NCBI GenBank assembly: GCA_963706595.1
Contig: OY970166.1
Coordinates: forward strand, 5,216,001-5,280,000
Direction: 5' to 3'
Source of the DNA: an uncultured cyanobacterium
GTDB lineage: Bacteria; Cyanobacteriota; Cyanobacteriia; Cyanobacteriales; Nostocaceae
DNA: 64,000 nucleotides
Part shown: positions 32,580 through 42,503 of the stretch, piece after piece
How positions within the stretch are numbered: position 1 is the first letter of the stretch
Layout of the letters: each line of letters opens with the position of its first letter
Notes under the pieces: model-generated
What the model was told of the DNA's origin: nothing
Database searches by the model: none
What the model saw: the letters and a program-made list of their open reading frames with translations, nothing else
Program-made: the position numbers and the translations under genes

Positions 32580-32734
32580 CTACAGTGTACACACATCCTG
32601 ACCCAAAGAGAGTTTCCAGCCCTAAAAACAAGATTTAATCAGAAATCTTGTTCCCCTCCTCGCTTGCGGGGAGGGGCTAGGGGTGGGGTTTTATGACGCA
32701 AAAGAGAATTTCCTGACTTGTGTGTACACCGTAG
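32580..32734. mobile_element. Complete 155-bp MITE with IS50/IS4-like ends and an 11-bp target duplication
   Basis: CTACAGTGTACACACATCC ... ACTTGTGTGTACACCGTAG, flanked by CCTTGCTAAGG at 32569-32579 and 32735-32745. Confidence 0.85.
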
Positions 32735-32776
32735 CCTTGCTAAGGAGAGGGGTTGGGGGTGAGGTTGGTGGTTGTA

Positions 32777-33307
32777 TCAAAACCTGAGAAAATACATCAG
32801 CTGGGCAATCGCCTCCCCCGATAGATCCAACCGTCGCCCGAAATCGGCCAAATTCCGGTAACTCCCAGCTGATAGCCGATTTTGGATGACAGCTTCAGCC
32901 AGAGACACATCCATAAAAGGAATTTTAACTAATTGCTCAATTGTCGCAGTATTCGGGTTAACTAACTGATTCGGAGCATCCAAAGATTCATTGTCATAAT
33001 AAATAAAATTGAGTAGCGGCTGTAATGGTGCTAATCGCTGAGTTGGTATAGTTAAAGCCGCAGCAATATCTTCAATACAGTAAAATTTAACACCAGAGCG
33101 GGAAAGTTCCACAAGCGATCGCGCTTGGTGAATTGACAACCCAGGTAGCCGTAACCAATCATCTACAGTCGCCTGATTAGCATCAATTTGAATACCCAAT
33201 TTAATCGCTAGCTGAATTTCCTCCCCAGACTGTAAGCGATAATAAGGGTCATTCAGGAGTTTGGCACGGAGTTTTTGCAACTTGGGGTTTAAAGGTAGCC
33301 AATTCAT
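32777..33307 (-). CDS. ComEA-like helix-hairpin-helix DNA-binding protein
   Basis: Two HhH units (IDANQATVDDWLRLPGL; VNPNTATIEQLVKIP). Confidence 0.82.
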   Translation of the reverse strand: MNWLPLNPKLQKLRAKLLNDPYYRLQSGEEIQLAIKLGIQIDANQATVDDWLRLPGLSIHQARSLVELSRSGVKFYCIEDIAAALTIPTQRLAPLQPLLNFIYYDNESLDAPNQLVNPNTATIEQLVKIPFMDVSLAEAVIQNRLSAGSYRNLADFGRRLDLSGEAIAQLMYFLRF

Positions 33308-33320
33308 ATTTTTGCGGACA

Positions 33321-33704
33321 TCAAGAAATTTGGTCTAGCAGCTGGCGGCGCTTTTGCTCAAATTCGTACTCAGAAATCAATCCATCTTGGCGCAGAATAT
33401 CTAACTCTCGCACAGCTTTAGCGATCGCTTCCACCTGATTCCCTGTTTGCGGCGAGTTCCTCACGGCTGACTTACCCAAATTAAAATGACGATCAAAAGC
33501 CGCTTCATCTTGCGCCAAATACCAAACTCCCTCAATAGCACTAGCTACCTTGGGGATAGGTGTCCAGGAAAGCAACACATACAACACACCCCACAACGGC
33601 TGACCCAAATAAAACTTATGTAACCCTGAAATAGTCAGCGTCCCGGATAAAGCTAAAATTGCCGCAATACTGCGACTTTTGCGTTTAGTCAACATATTCC
33701 CCAT
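33321..33704 (-). CDS. TM2/NINE-domain membrane protein with C-terminal SHOCT
   Basis: KSRSIAAILA...GLHKFYLGQ; LRQDGLISEYEFEQKRRQLL. Confidence 0.85.
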   Translation of the reverse strand: MGNMLTKRKSRSIAAILALSGTLTISGLHKFYLGQPLWGVLYVLLSWTPIPKVASAIEGVWYLAQDEAAFDRHFNLGKSAVRNSPQTGNQVEAIAKAVRELDILRQDGLISEYEFEQKRRQLLDQIS

Positions 33705-33785
33705 TCACCTACCACTACCATAATTTCTACAATAAAACAGCAACTGCCGCAAAACACCAACCTTGGTGTTAATTCCCTGACTCTT

Positions 33786-33848
33786 CCCCCCACTCCCCAC
33801 TCCCCACTCCCCACTCCCCACTCCCCACTCCCCACTCCCCACTCCCTA
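33786..33848. repeat. STRR heptamer tandem (CCCCACT)n
   Basis: About eight directly visible units. Confidence 0.9.
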
Positions 33849-33864
33849 CGCAAGCTATCAAAAA

Positions 33865-34356
33865 TCAAAGCGGATTACTATATTTCAGAATTATGTCTGA
33901 TAACTCATGTGTTTTCCCTGGGCAGATATCAACAGCCTCACCCAATTTGACAAATCCATAATTTTCATAAAATGATCTAGCTGCCAAATTATCGTAATTG
34001 GTAAAAACCCAAATTTCCTGAAATTGAAAACTGTGGGCATATTCCTTTAACCTATCCAGCATAATTGTTCCCCAACCTTGTCTGCGGAAGTTTGGCCGCA
34101 AACCAAACCATCCCATCCACACAACATTACAAGGACTATCAATTAGTTGATAAAGACCCATCACACCAATTGATTCTGCTGCTAGTTTAGCAATATATAC
34201 CTGCCAAAAACCAATTGATTGATCACGCTGGCCAATACCACACCAACTCAGCATAGCTAAACTAAACTGATCTCCAAATTCCAACTCTTTTAAAAGTGGA
34301 ATAAAATCTTCAACATCTGTTGTTTGGATTATACTCAGAGCTTGATTATTCAACAT
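33865..34356 (-). CDS. GNAT-family N-acetyltransferase
   Basis: Motif A LRPNFRRQGWGT; NLAARSFYENYGF. Start uncertain. Confidence 0.85.
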   Translation of the reverse strand: MLNNQALSIIQTTDVEDFIPLLKELEFGDQFSLAMLSWCGIGQRDQSIGFWQVYIAKLAAESIGVMGLYQLIDSPCNVVWMGWFGLRPNFRRQGWGTIMLDRLKEYAHSFQFQEIWVFTNYDNLAARSFYENYGFVKLGEAVDICPGKTHELSDIILKYSNPL

Positions 34357-34397
34357 ATCATTTATTACACTCACCTGCAAAATGCTGTAGGATAAAA

Positions 34398-34422
34398 AGG
34401 ACTAAAGTCCTGACTACAAACC
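34398..34422. repeat. Small dispersed palindromic repeat (reverse copy of 2414-2438)
   Basis: AGGACTAAAGTCCTGACTACAAACC. Confidence 0.85.
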
Positions 34423-34446
34423 ACTGATGATGAATTAAATAATTAA

Positions 34447-36255
34447 CTAAGTAATTGCGGAAAAGACAACCCGAAAACCTGGATTTCTCAAACTACCATC
34501 GGAGTCATCCCAACTACGGCTAGCACTACGACAAAGTTCTGCACTATAACGCCAAGAACCGCCACGTAATAGCCGACGGTACAATTCACCCTCAATTTCC
34601 CAGGCGCTACCATCGGCAGGTGCGCCCCGATAATTATTATGCCAAGTATCAGCACACCACTCCCAAACTAGCCCGTGCATATCATATAATCCGAAGGCAT
34701 TGGCAATCTTAAAACTACCAACATCGGTTGTTTCTTTACGGCTACAATTAACTAAATCAGTGGTAATCATTTCGCCAAAGTGGAAAGATGTCGTAGTTCC
34801 GGCGCGACAAGCATATTCCCATTCAGATTCGCTGGGTAAACGATATTCACGTCCAGTTTTTTCTGAGAGTCTGGCGCAAAACTCCACAGCTTCATCCCAA
34901 GATACACTTTCTACTGGAAGATTAGAACCTTTAAATTTAGAGGGATGAGTATTTAACCGTTGTTTGATTTGAGGTAAAGCAGCTACGGCTCTCCATTGAG
35001 CTTGAGTTATGGGATATTTACCCATAAAGAATGGTTGAAGAATCACTTCATGTTGAGGACGTTCATCAGCATCTCCTTCAAACTCTGGCGAACCCATCAT
35101 GAAACTACCGCCGGGAATTGACACCATTTCCAGTGTTACTGCTTGGTTCAATTTTTCGGCAAAAAATTTGGCTGTCAGGAAATCGCGGTTAACTTCTCTC
35201 CCGGCTGTATCTACTGTAACTACTTCAAATTTAAAGGTTTCCAAGGGAGGTAATGGAGGTGCGACTTTCTTTGCTGGTGGTAATTTGATTAATACAGCCG
35301 GAATTTCTGGTATTTTTGGTTCAAAAGCTGTTTTTTTGAGAGAGTTTAAATCATTAATCACATCTGTTGCTGTTTGATATCTTTCACTAGCTAAATGTTT
35401 TAATAATTTATTTAAAATTTGGCTTAATTCATCGCTAATAGTAATGCCTTTTTTTTGCAATTCTTCTTGCCATAACCAATTACCATTCATGGCATCATAA
35501 AGAGGATCATTGATTTCTCCATAAGTATTTTGTAATGGTAAACATTGCGTTAACAAACGCACGCAAGTTACACCCAAAGCATATAAATCACTCCCATGAC
35601 AAGGAAATCCCGCCATTTGTTCAGATGGCGCATAACCAATGGTATAAATGACCGTAGCTTGTCTCGCTAAAGTTGTTTGTGTTACCTGTTTAGCACCGCC
35701 GAAGTCAATTAATACTGGTTTACCGTCACTGTCACGGCGAATAATATTTTCTGGTTTGATATCTCGATGAATAACGTTAGCCGCATGAACAAATTGCAGA
35801 ACTGGTAATAAATCAGTTAAGAGTTGATAAATTTGCTTTTCAGTAAAAGCTTGTTTCTTCACTTCTTGCAGAAGAGTTAGCCCTTCGATAAATTCTTGGA
35901 CAAGATACAAGCTGGAACCTTGTTCAAAATAAGCTAATAATCTGGGAATTTGAGTGTGATTTTCTCCCAGTTCATATAACCGAAATGCCTCTTCTCTGAA
36001 AAATTCGGCGGCTTTATTGCGTTGAATTGTTCCTTGAACTTGCGGGAAAAATTGTTTGATAACACAAGGCGCATTCAGTCTATCTGCGTCTTGTGTTGCA
36101 TAAGTTCGACTAAATCCACCTTCACCTAAAAGCCTCAATACGCGATAGCGATTTCTCAGGAATTTGCCAAAGTTGCTTTGTCCGCAACTCATGCAAAATA
36201 TATTCCCTTCAGGGTTGAATGGATTCGAGCAATTGGGATTTTGGCAAATTTGCAT
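34447..36255 (-). CDS. Ser/Thr protein kinase fused to an FGE-sulfatase (C-type lectin fold) domain
   Basis: N-terminal 4-Cys motif, LGEGGF, HRDIKPEN, DFG; RLPSESEWEYACRAG, NAFGLYDMHG, RGGSW, GFRVV. Confidence 0.93.
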   Translation of the reverse strand: MQICQNPNCSNPFNPEGNIFCMSCGQSNFGKFLRNRYRVLRLLGEGGFSRTYATQDADRLNAPCVIKQFFPQVQGTIQRNKAAEFFREEAFRLYELGENHTQIPRLLAYFEQGSSLYLVQEFIEGLTLLQEVKKQAFTEKQIYQLLTDLLPVLQFVHAANVIHRDIKPENIIRRDSDGKPVLIDFGGAKQVTQTTLARQATVIYTIGYAPSEQMAGFPCHGSDLYALGVTCVRLLTQCLPLQNTYGEINDPLYDAMNGNWLWQEELQKKGITISDELSQILNKLLKHLASERYQTATDVINDLNSLKKTAFEPKIPEIPAVLIKLPPAKKVAPPLPPLETFKFEVVTVDTAGREVNRDFLTAKFFAEKLNQAVTLEMVSIPGGSFMMGSPEFEGDADERPQHEVILQPFFMGKYPITQAQWRAVAALPQIKQRLNTHPSKFKGSNLPVESVSWDEAVEFCARLSEKTGREYRLPSESEWEYACRAGTTTSFHFGEMITTDLVNCSRKETTDVGSFKIANAFGLYDMHGLVWEWCADTWHNNYRGAPADGSAWEIEGELYRRLLRGGSWRYSAELCRSASRSWDDSDGSLRNPGFRVVFSAIT

Positions 36256-36531
36256 AATGAGGAGGAAATAGCATCTTATCCAAACTTCGCCCCAATAATA
36301 TCAAATTCAGAATACATATATAGACAAATAAACCTGAACAAAGCAGCATCTGCATATATACTAGTAGGGATAAATACAAATGCAGAAATTTAACTTATTT
36401 TTCTGTTCTGGCTACTATTTAAATACGAGGACTTCTGAGATTATATATTTTGATCACAATCAAAATAATATTGTGAAACTCTTGAGTTTGTCAAGTATAT
36501 TGATCTATGTTAATTCTGCACATCATCCCAA

Positions 36532-37329
36532 TTATTTATTGTGATCAAAAGCACGTATTAATTCGGCTATAAAGGCCACAATTGCAGATACTGTAATCAG
36601 GAGAACACTCAGCGCATTCATATCAGGCTGGACTCCTATTCTAATGCGACTAAAAATTTCTATGGGTAAGGTGTTAGAACCGCTACCTGATGTGAAACTG
36701 GCAATGAGAAAGTCATCTAAACTCAGCACAAAAGCTAGCAGACAACCAGCGATAATACCGGGCATTAACTGAGGTAGCAATACTTGTATAAATGCTTGTA
36801 TTGGTGTAGCGCCTAAATCTAGTGCTGCTTCTTCTAAGTGGGGGTCTAAATTTGTCAGTCTTGAAGAAACTACAACTGCGATATAAGCTAGGCAAAATAC
36901 GATATGTGCGCCAATAATTGTCCATAAACTCAAGGGGATGGCAAAGGCTGCGAGAAAAACTAAAGTAGCTACTGCGATCGCAATATCTGGAATAATCAAC
37001 GGTAGGTAAGAAATACCCCGATACAAGTTCTTACCCAAAAACTGATAACGTGCCAATCCTACCGCCATTAAGGTTCCCAATACAGATGAAATACCCACGG
37101 CACAAAAGGCAACTATCAAACTATTTTTCAAAGCTGATAAAATTCGCTCGTCGCTGAATAATTTGTAGTACCAATCGAGGGTGAAACCTTGCCAAGTTGC
37201 ACTATAGGGCGACTGGTTGAAGCTATAAAAGCCCAATACCAGTATAGGTAAATACATAAACACAGATAAAATTACTGTGAAAACCGCCTGCCAGGAGACA
37301 CGCGGTTTTTTTGATGAAGAAATATGCAC
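36532..37329 (-). CDS. ABC transporter permease, PotC-like (polyamine)
   Basis: YLPILVL, EAA loop LEEAALDLGA, SLDDF, TLPIEIF. Confidence 0.88.
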   Translation of the reverse strand: MHISSSKKPRVSWQAVFTVILSVFMYLPILVLGFYSFNQSPYSATWQGFTLDWYYKLFSDERILSALKNSLIVAFCAVGISSVLGTLMAVGLARYQFLGKNLYRGISYLPLIIPDIAIAVATLVFLAAFAIPLSLWTIIGAHIVFCLAYIAVVVSSRLTNLDPHLEEAALDLGATPIQAFIQVLLPQLMPGIIAGCLLAFVLSLDDFLIASFTSGSGSNTLPIEIFSRIRIGVQPDMNALSVLLITVSAIVAFIAELIRAFDHNK

Positions 37330-37821
37330 GTTGATGATATTTGGGATTTTTTATAACTGATGAACGTGTTATATGTAACTTAAAAATTGAAAATTGTCAA
37401 TATTGGAGAATGGGAAGTGGGGAAGTGTAAAATAATCCTTCTTGAGAGGAATATCTTTTATAGCCCTCTTACTATGGAGTGAGAGAGGCAAAATGATAGC
37501 CTAGCAAAAACATCCTAAAAATTTGTCTCCATAAATTTAATTTTGCCGGAAAATTGCCCAATTTAAGCAACATTTCCGATAAAATTCTCAGAAATATATT
37601 TGCTCATATTTTAATTATCTAGAATCGAGTTTATTTCCTGTCCTCAGCAATATTTCCCTACAAAGGTAGAAACGAAATCTAGGCTATGGGCAATATAATT
37701 TGAATGAAAGTGTTTATTAAATTGGTATTGAATTGGATTTAAAAGTGCTAATTGCATCGTTCCCAGGCACTGCTAAAACAGCCAAGTAATATCTCGTTTA
37801 AGCTTATTTTTTAGGAGTTGT

Positions 37822-38910
37822 GTGATGCGAATTGCTCAGATTGCCCCATTATTCGAGAGAGTACCACCTCCAGCTTATGGGGGTATAGAGTTAGTTGTAG
37901 GGTTACTAACTGATGAATTAGTCCGACGGGGACATGAAGTGACGCTATTTGCTTCAGGAGATTCTATTAGTTTGGCAAAACTAGTATCAGTTCATCCCCG
38001 TGCTTTACGACTCGATCCTGATGTCAAGGAACACAATATCTATGAAATGCTACAACTAGGCTTTGTCTATGAACGGGCTGAGGAATTTGACATTATTCAT
38101 TCCCATGTGTGCTGTGCGGCGCTACCTTATGCAAATCTGATTAAAACACCCACAGTTCACACTCTGCACGGTATTTTTACCCCTGATAATGAAAAGATGT
38201 TTCAATACGCTAAACATCAACCTTTTGTGAGTATTTCCAACGCTCAGAGGGAACTCAGGTTAGGGTTAAACTATGTATCAACGGTTTACAATGGGATTGA
38301 TGTTGACAGTTATATATTTCATCCCCAACCTGATAATCCGCCATACTTGGCGTTTTTAGGGCGGATATCTCCAGAGAAAGGGACACACCTTGCGATCGCC
38401 ATTGCTAAACAAACAGGTTATCATTTGAAAATTGCCGGCAAAGTAGATGTGGTTGACCGAGAATACTTTGAGCAAGAAGTCAAGCCCCACATTGATGGTC
38501 AGCAAATTGAATATTTAGGTGAAGCGAATCATATCCAAAAAAACGCCCTGATGGGAGGTGCTGTGGCAACTCTTTTTCCCATCACTTGGCGCGAGCCTTT
38601 TGGCTTAGTTATGGTAGAATCAATGGCAGCAGGTACACCCGTGATTGCCATGAAACTAGGGTCTACTGTTGAGATAATTAAACACGGAAAAACGGGTTTT
38701 CTTTGTAATAATGTTGAAGATTTTATTAGTGCTATTGACCAGGTAACACAGTTAGACCGCTCTGTTTGCCGAGAGTATGTCAATAATTATTTTAGTCTGC
38801 AACAGATGACTGATGGTTATGAGGCTGTTTATCAGCAAATTATTCAAGCACAAGCTGCTAAAAATGCTCATATCCCGGATGTGGTGAGTCTAGGTATAAG
38901 CCTAGGTTAA
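37822..38910 (+). CDS. Glycosyltransferase family 4
   Basis: MRIAQIAP...PPPAYGGIE, GRISPEKG, EPFGLVMVESMAAGTPV. Confidence 0.93.
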   Translation: MMRIAQIAPLFERVPPPAYGGIELVVGLLTDELVRRGHEVTLFASGDSISLAKLVSVHPRALRLDPDVKEHNIYEMLQLGFVYERAEEFDIIHSHVCCAALPYANLIKTPTVHTLHGIFTPDNEKMFQYAKHQPFVSISNAQRELRLGLNYVSTVYNGIDVDSYIFHPQPDNPPYLAFLGRISPEKGTHLAIAIAKQTGYHLKIAGKVDVVDREYFEQEVKPHIDGQQIEYLGEANHIQKNALMGGAVATLFPITWREPFGLVMVESMAAGTPVIAMKLGSTVEIIKHGKTGFLCNNVEDFISAIDQVTQLDRSVCREYVNNYFSLQQMTDGYEAVYQQIIQAQAAKNAHIPDVVSLGISLG

Positions 38911-38917
38911 GTGGTTT

Positions 38918-38961
38918 CGTTGAACCAAGAATCCCCGTCGATTTATCGCGGGGAGTGTCAA
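38918..38961 (+). mobile_element. Isolated IS200/IS605-type right-end hairpin
   Basis: CAAGAATCCCCG-TCGATTTATCG-CGGGGAG-TGTCAA: subterminal hairpin ending in TCAA. No tnpA or tnpB in the window. Confidence 0.6.
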
Positions 38962-38990
38962 GAACAGAGCAAACCAATGGCCTCATGCTG

Positions 38991-39686
38991 CTATTGTTCC
39001 TGTAATTGTCCGTCTTCTATGTTAACAATACGATCAGCTATGTATAAAATACGGTCATCGTGAGTTACCAACAACACAGAACAACCTTCTTCTTTAGCAA
39101 GACGCTGAACAATATCAATCACATCCCGCCCAGTTTTACTATCTAATGATGCAGTGGGTTCGTCTGCCAAAATTAACTTAGGTTGAGCAACTAAAGCGCG
39201 CGCGATCGCTACTCGTTGCTTTTGTCCCCCTGATAATTTTTTTGGGTAATAGTCTATGTGATCGCTTAATCCGACTGCATCTAAAATAGCTACAGCCCTT
39301 TGTCGATATTCATGTTTGGGAATTTCTGGGTGCAATTTCAACGACATCCGCACATTACCATAAGCAGTTAAGCATTTAAGTAAGTTGTGATGTTGAAAGA
39401 TAAAGCCAATTTGGTTGCGTATTTGTGTTAACTGCTTTTGATTACAACTTTTGAGTTCTTGATTGAACAGTTTTAAGCTTCCTGACTGTACTGAACGCAA
39501 ACCACCAATCAATGACAGTAAAGTTGTCTTACCGCTACCGGAATGGCCTGTAAGAATTACAATTTCTCCTGGGTAAATTACCAAATCTATATCAGTTAAG
39601 ACAGCTTTGCGTAATATTCCTTGTCCAAAAGCATGGTTAAGCTTGGTAACGCTAATAGTAGCTGAGGGAATCATAGAAGTTTTCAT
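38991..39686 (-). CDS. DevA-family ABC exporter ATP-binding subunit
   Basis: GHSGSGKTT, LSGGQKQRVAIARAL, LADEPT, VTHD. Confidence 0.92.
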   Translation of the reverse strand: MKTSMIPSATISVTKLNHAFGQGILRKAVLTDIDLVIYPGEIVILTGHSGSGKTTLLSLIGGLRSVQSGSLKLFNQELKSCNQKQLTQIRNQIGFIFQHHNLLKCLTAYGNVRMSLKLHPEIPKHEYRQRAVAILDAVGLSDHIDYYPKKLSGGQKQRVAIARALVAQPKLILADEPTASLDSKTGRDVIDIVQRLAKEEGCSVLLVTHDDRILYIADRIVNIEDGQLQEQ

Positions 39687-39776
39687 TCTCGATTTAAAAT
39701 TTTGGGCGTTGCATAATTTCAGCAAAAGCCTTATTTACTGGAGTTTCCTTAAAGTAATACCTTTGTATTATTAAAG

Positions 39777-39805
39777 GCGATGCCTGCGGCGAGCGTAGCG
39801 GTCGC
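39777..39805. repeat. 21-nt small element inserted into a HIP1-like site (SDR5-like)
   Basis: GCG + ATGCCTGCGGCGAGCGTAGCG (21 nt) + GTCGC. Confidence 0.55.
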
Positions 39806-39830
39806 TGTGCCAGTTGCATAAGTCCTGTGT

Positions 39831-41051
39831 TTAAAAAACATCGGCGGGATCAGCACTACGGAGTTTATTCGTGGCGATCGCACCGGAAATGCTACACATG
39901 ATAATAGTTAAAACAAATACCTGGATTGCTACACTTGCCTTCATAGTTAAGGGAATACGTGTAAGTGTTACCAATAATTCATAAATACCTAATGAGGCTA
40001 AGAAGCCAGGGACAAATCCCATTACCCCAAGAATGATCGCTTCTTGTAAAATTACCATCAGTAGTGAGCGATCGCTATAACCCATAGCTTTGAGAGTGGC
40101 ATATTCTGGCAAATGATCGCTGACATCAGAATAGAGAACTTGATATAAAATAATCACCCCAACCACAAAACCAACAATCGTACCAAATTTGAGAATTATC
40201 CCCTCTGGCTGGGAAGCGTAAAACTGTTGTTCCCGTTGAATTAACTCCTTGTGGTTAAACACACTTACATCTGAGGGGAGATGTTGACGTAATTTTGCTT
40301 GCACAGTGTTAATATTTGCACCTGTTTTCAGGCTGACAACTCCCAGCGTGACTGAGTTGAGGCTATTTTGCCCATTCTTGAGAGCATAGTTCCAGTCACT
40401 CATAATGACATTACCTTTATCATTCATCGTGCTACCCATGCTAAAAAGTCCCATGACATAGGTGCGTTGATTTTCCATGAGAGTGACTAACTCTTGTTGC
40501 TGAGTGAATAATTGCTCAATGTCTCCTAAAGAAGCTTGAGAGAGACGGTCAAATAAAACTGCATCTGGGGCATTTAATTTGGAAAGTTGCTGTTTGATTT
40601 CCGGTGATTTCAATACAAAAGATTGAGTAGGGTTGAAGGCAATCACCCGAACTTCATTACCAAAAGAACCTCTTCTGCGTGTAATTTTTTGTTGATAATT
40701 TATGGGCTGAGATAACTGGTTAGGGTTTACCCAATTAGCTCGACTGAGATAAACTGGTGCCACAGCCTTTACGCCACTTACCGAAGCTGCTTGATAAAGA
40801 TAAGCACGAGGAAAAGAAATTCTAAACTCTAAACTCGGGCTAAATGTAGAGACTAAAATTAATTCTCCGCCTAAAGTTTCATGTAGTTTGGTGGTTCCCT
40901 CAGTGAGCATAGCTAAAAGTCCCATCTGAGAAAACATCAGAATATTAGCAAAACATACACCTGTAGTTGCTACAAGTAAGCGTACCTTTTGATGGGATAA
41001 TTGCGCCCAAGCTAGAGGAGTTTCTAATCCGAGATTTTTCAGAATTTTCAT
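39831..41051 (-). CDS. DevC-family ABC exporter permease
   Basis: TPLAWAQL, ILYQVLYSDVSDHLPEYATLKAMGY, KLRSADPADVF. Confidence 0.93.
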   Translation of the reverse strand: MKILKNLGLETPLAWAQLSHQKVRLLVATTGVCFANILMFSQMGLLAMLTEGTTKLHETLGGELILVSTFSPSLEFRISFPRAYLYQAASVSGVKAVAPVYLSRANWVNPNQLSQPINYQQKITRRRGSFGNEVRVIAFNPTQSFVLKSPEIKQQLSKLNAPDAVLFDRLSQASLGDIEQLFTQQQELVTLMENQRTYVMGLFSMGSTMNDKGNVIMSDWNYALKNGQNSLNSVTLGVVSLKTGANINTVQAKLRQHLPSDVSVFNHKELIQREQQFYASQPEGIILKFGTIVGFVVGVIILYQVLYSDVSDHLPEYATLKAMGYSDRSLLMVILQEAIILGVMGFVPGFLASLGIYELLVTLTRIPLTMKASVAIQVFVLTIIMCSISGAIATNKLRSADPADVF

Positions 41052-41058
41052 GATATTT

Positions 41059-42246
41059 TCAAAAATTAATCTTCACTCGTACTTGCATCCCAGTTAAAGT
41101 CGCCACTTTGGGACTATCTTGGGGAGCAATGCGAATTTTAGCTTCCACTACTCGTGCATTTACATCATTTGTTGGGTTATTTTGGTCTTGACTGAGGCGG
41201 TTTTTCCCGATTTGCAAACTAATTTGAGTCACTATACCCCGTAGTTCGCCACTAAAGCCTCCGTACTCACTAGTGATAGTCGCTTTTTGTCCTAACTTTA
41301 CTTTGCCAATATCAGCTTCGTAGATTTCTGCGATTACATACATTTGTTTTGTTTGTCCCAATTCGGCGATTCCTTGTTGGGTGTTTACCTGTTCGCCAAC
41401 GCGAGTATTGATGCGTAAAATTTGCCCAGCTACAGGAACTTGGACTTGCGTGTCTTCTAATTGTGCTTTGCTCTGTTCTACTTGAATTTGGGCTTGTTGG
41501 AGTTCCGCTTTAGCGATTTCTATATCAACTGGCCGTACTTCTTGTAAACTTTTGAGATTAGCTTCTTCTTTAGCCAGTTGGGCTTTTAAGGTGGTGTTGG
41601 TATTTTCTAATTCGGCTTGATTTTGTGCAACAATTGCTTTAGCTATTTCAAATTGCTCTTGAGCGTCGTCTAATTCAGAACGTCGGATAGCTCCTTCCTT
41701 AGCTAATGTCAGAGAACGTTGGTATTTTAGTTCAGCATTACGCATTGTTGCTTGGGATCGAACGATAGCTGCTTGTTTTTGTTTCTTTTCAGTGCGTAAC
41801 TTAGCTGCTAATTCTACAAGCACTGCCTTTTGAGCTATGATTTCTCCCTGTTTAGAATCTCCTTGTTGAATTTTACGCAGTTGTGCGCGTTTAATTGCAA
41901 CATTCGCTTGTGCTTGTCTTAGTTGCTGCTCAACTTTATTTTGTCCTTGCAAAATAGCAATTACTTGATTGGCTTGTACAAAATCGCCTTCTTTCACCAA
42001 AAGTTCGTTCACACGACTATCTTGAGCATTCACCACAGAAATTTTAATCACGCCCCCTTCAGGAATTAACTTACCTAGAGCTACTACTAGAGAGGAGGTA
42101 GCAACTTTAGTTGGGTTAGGAAAGTCATAAGGTTTATGTTGTGCTTGTCTGAAACTGCAAGCAGTACAAGCAATTAGAGTGAGAATCACCGTGCTAGCTA
42201 CACTTCTTTGCATTATAGAATATACGCCTTCCTGCAACTTAACCAT
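41059..42246 (-). CDS. DevB/HlyD-family membrane fusion protein
   Basis: VVALGKLIPEG, LLVKEGDFV, coiled coil, AEIYEADI, TGMQVRVKI. Confidence 0.92.
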   Translation of the reverse strand: MVKLQEGVYSIMQRSVASTVILTLIACTACSFRQAQHKPYDFPNPTKVATSSLVVALGKLIPEGGVIKISVVNAQDSRVNELLVKEGDFVQANQVIAILQGQNKVEQQLRQAQANVAIKRAQLRKIQQGDSKQGEIIAQKAVLVELAAKLRTEKKQKQAAIVRSQATMRNAELKYQRSLTLAKEGAIRRSELDDAQEQFEIAKAIVAQNQAELENTNTTLKAQLAKEEANLKSLQEVRPVDIEIAKAELQQAQIQVEQSKAQLEDTQVQVPVAGQILRINTRVGEQVNTQQGIAELGQTKQMYVIAEIYEADIGKVKLGQKATITSEYGGFSGELRGIVTQISLQIGKNRLSQDQNNPTNDVNARVVEAKIRIAPQDSPKVATLTGMQVRVKINF

Positions 42247-42503
42247 ATTGTTAGGTGGAGAGCTTAGGTTTTTCCTTAAGCCATAAATAACTTAGAGAAC
42301 AGTGCTAATTATTAGCTACAATTTGTGCTGTTGGATATTATTTACGAGCAATTATTAAATGCATTTTAATAGTTAATCCGTGCTAAGTAGGTGGGTGGAA
42401 AAACTTATAAATGTACTCAGCACTCCGTAGTAATCGCTTTGCCAGTTAGTTTATACTGTGCTTCTATTTATTATGTTCAAAAAGTGATAGAGGAGGGATA
42501 ACT

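Noticed and set aside
38991..42246. The heterocyst glycolipid exporter devBCA itself
   Set aside because: Nostocales carry many DevBCA paralogues. Linkage to the biosynthetic cluster suggests a paralogue, so no gene symbols were assigned.
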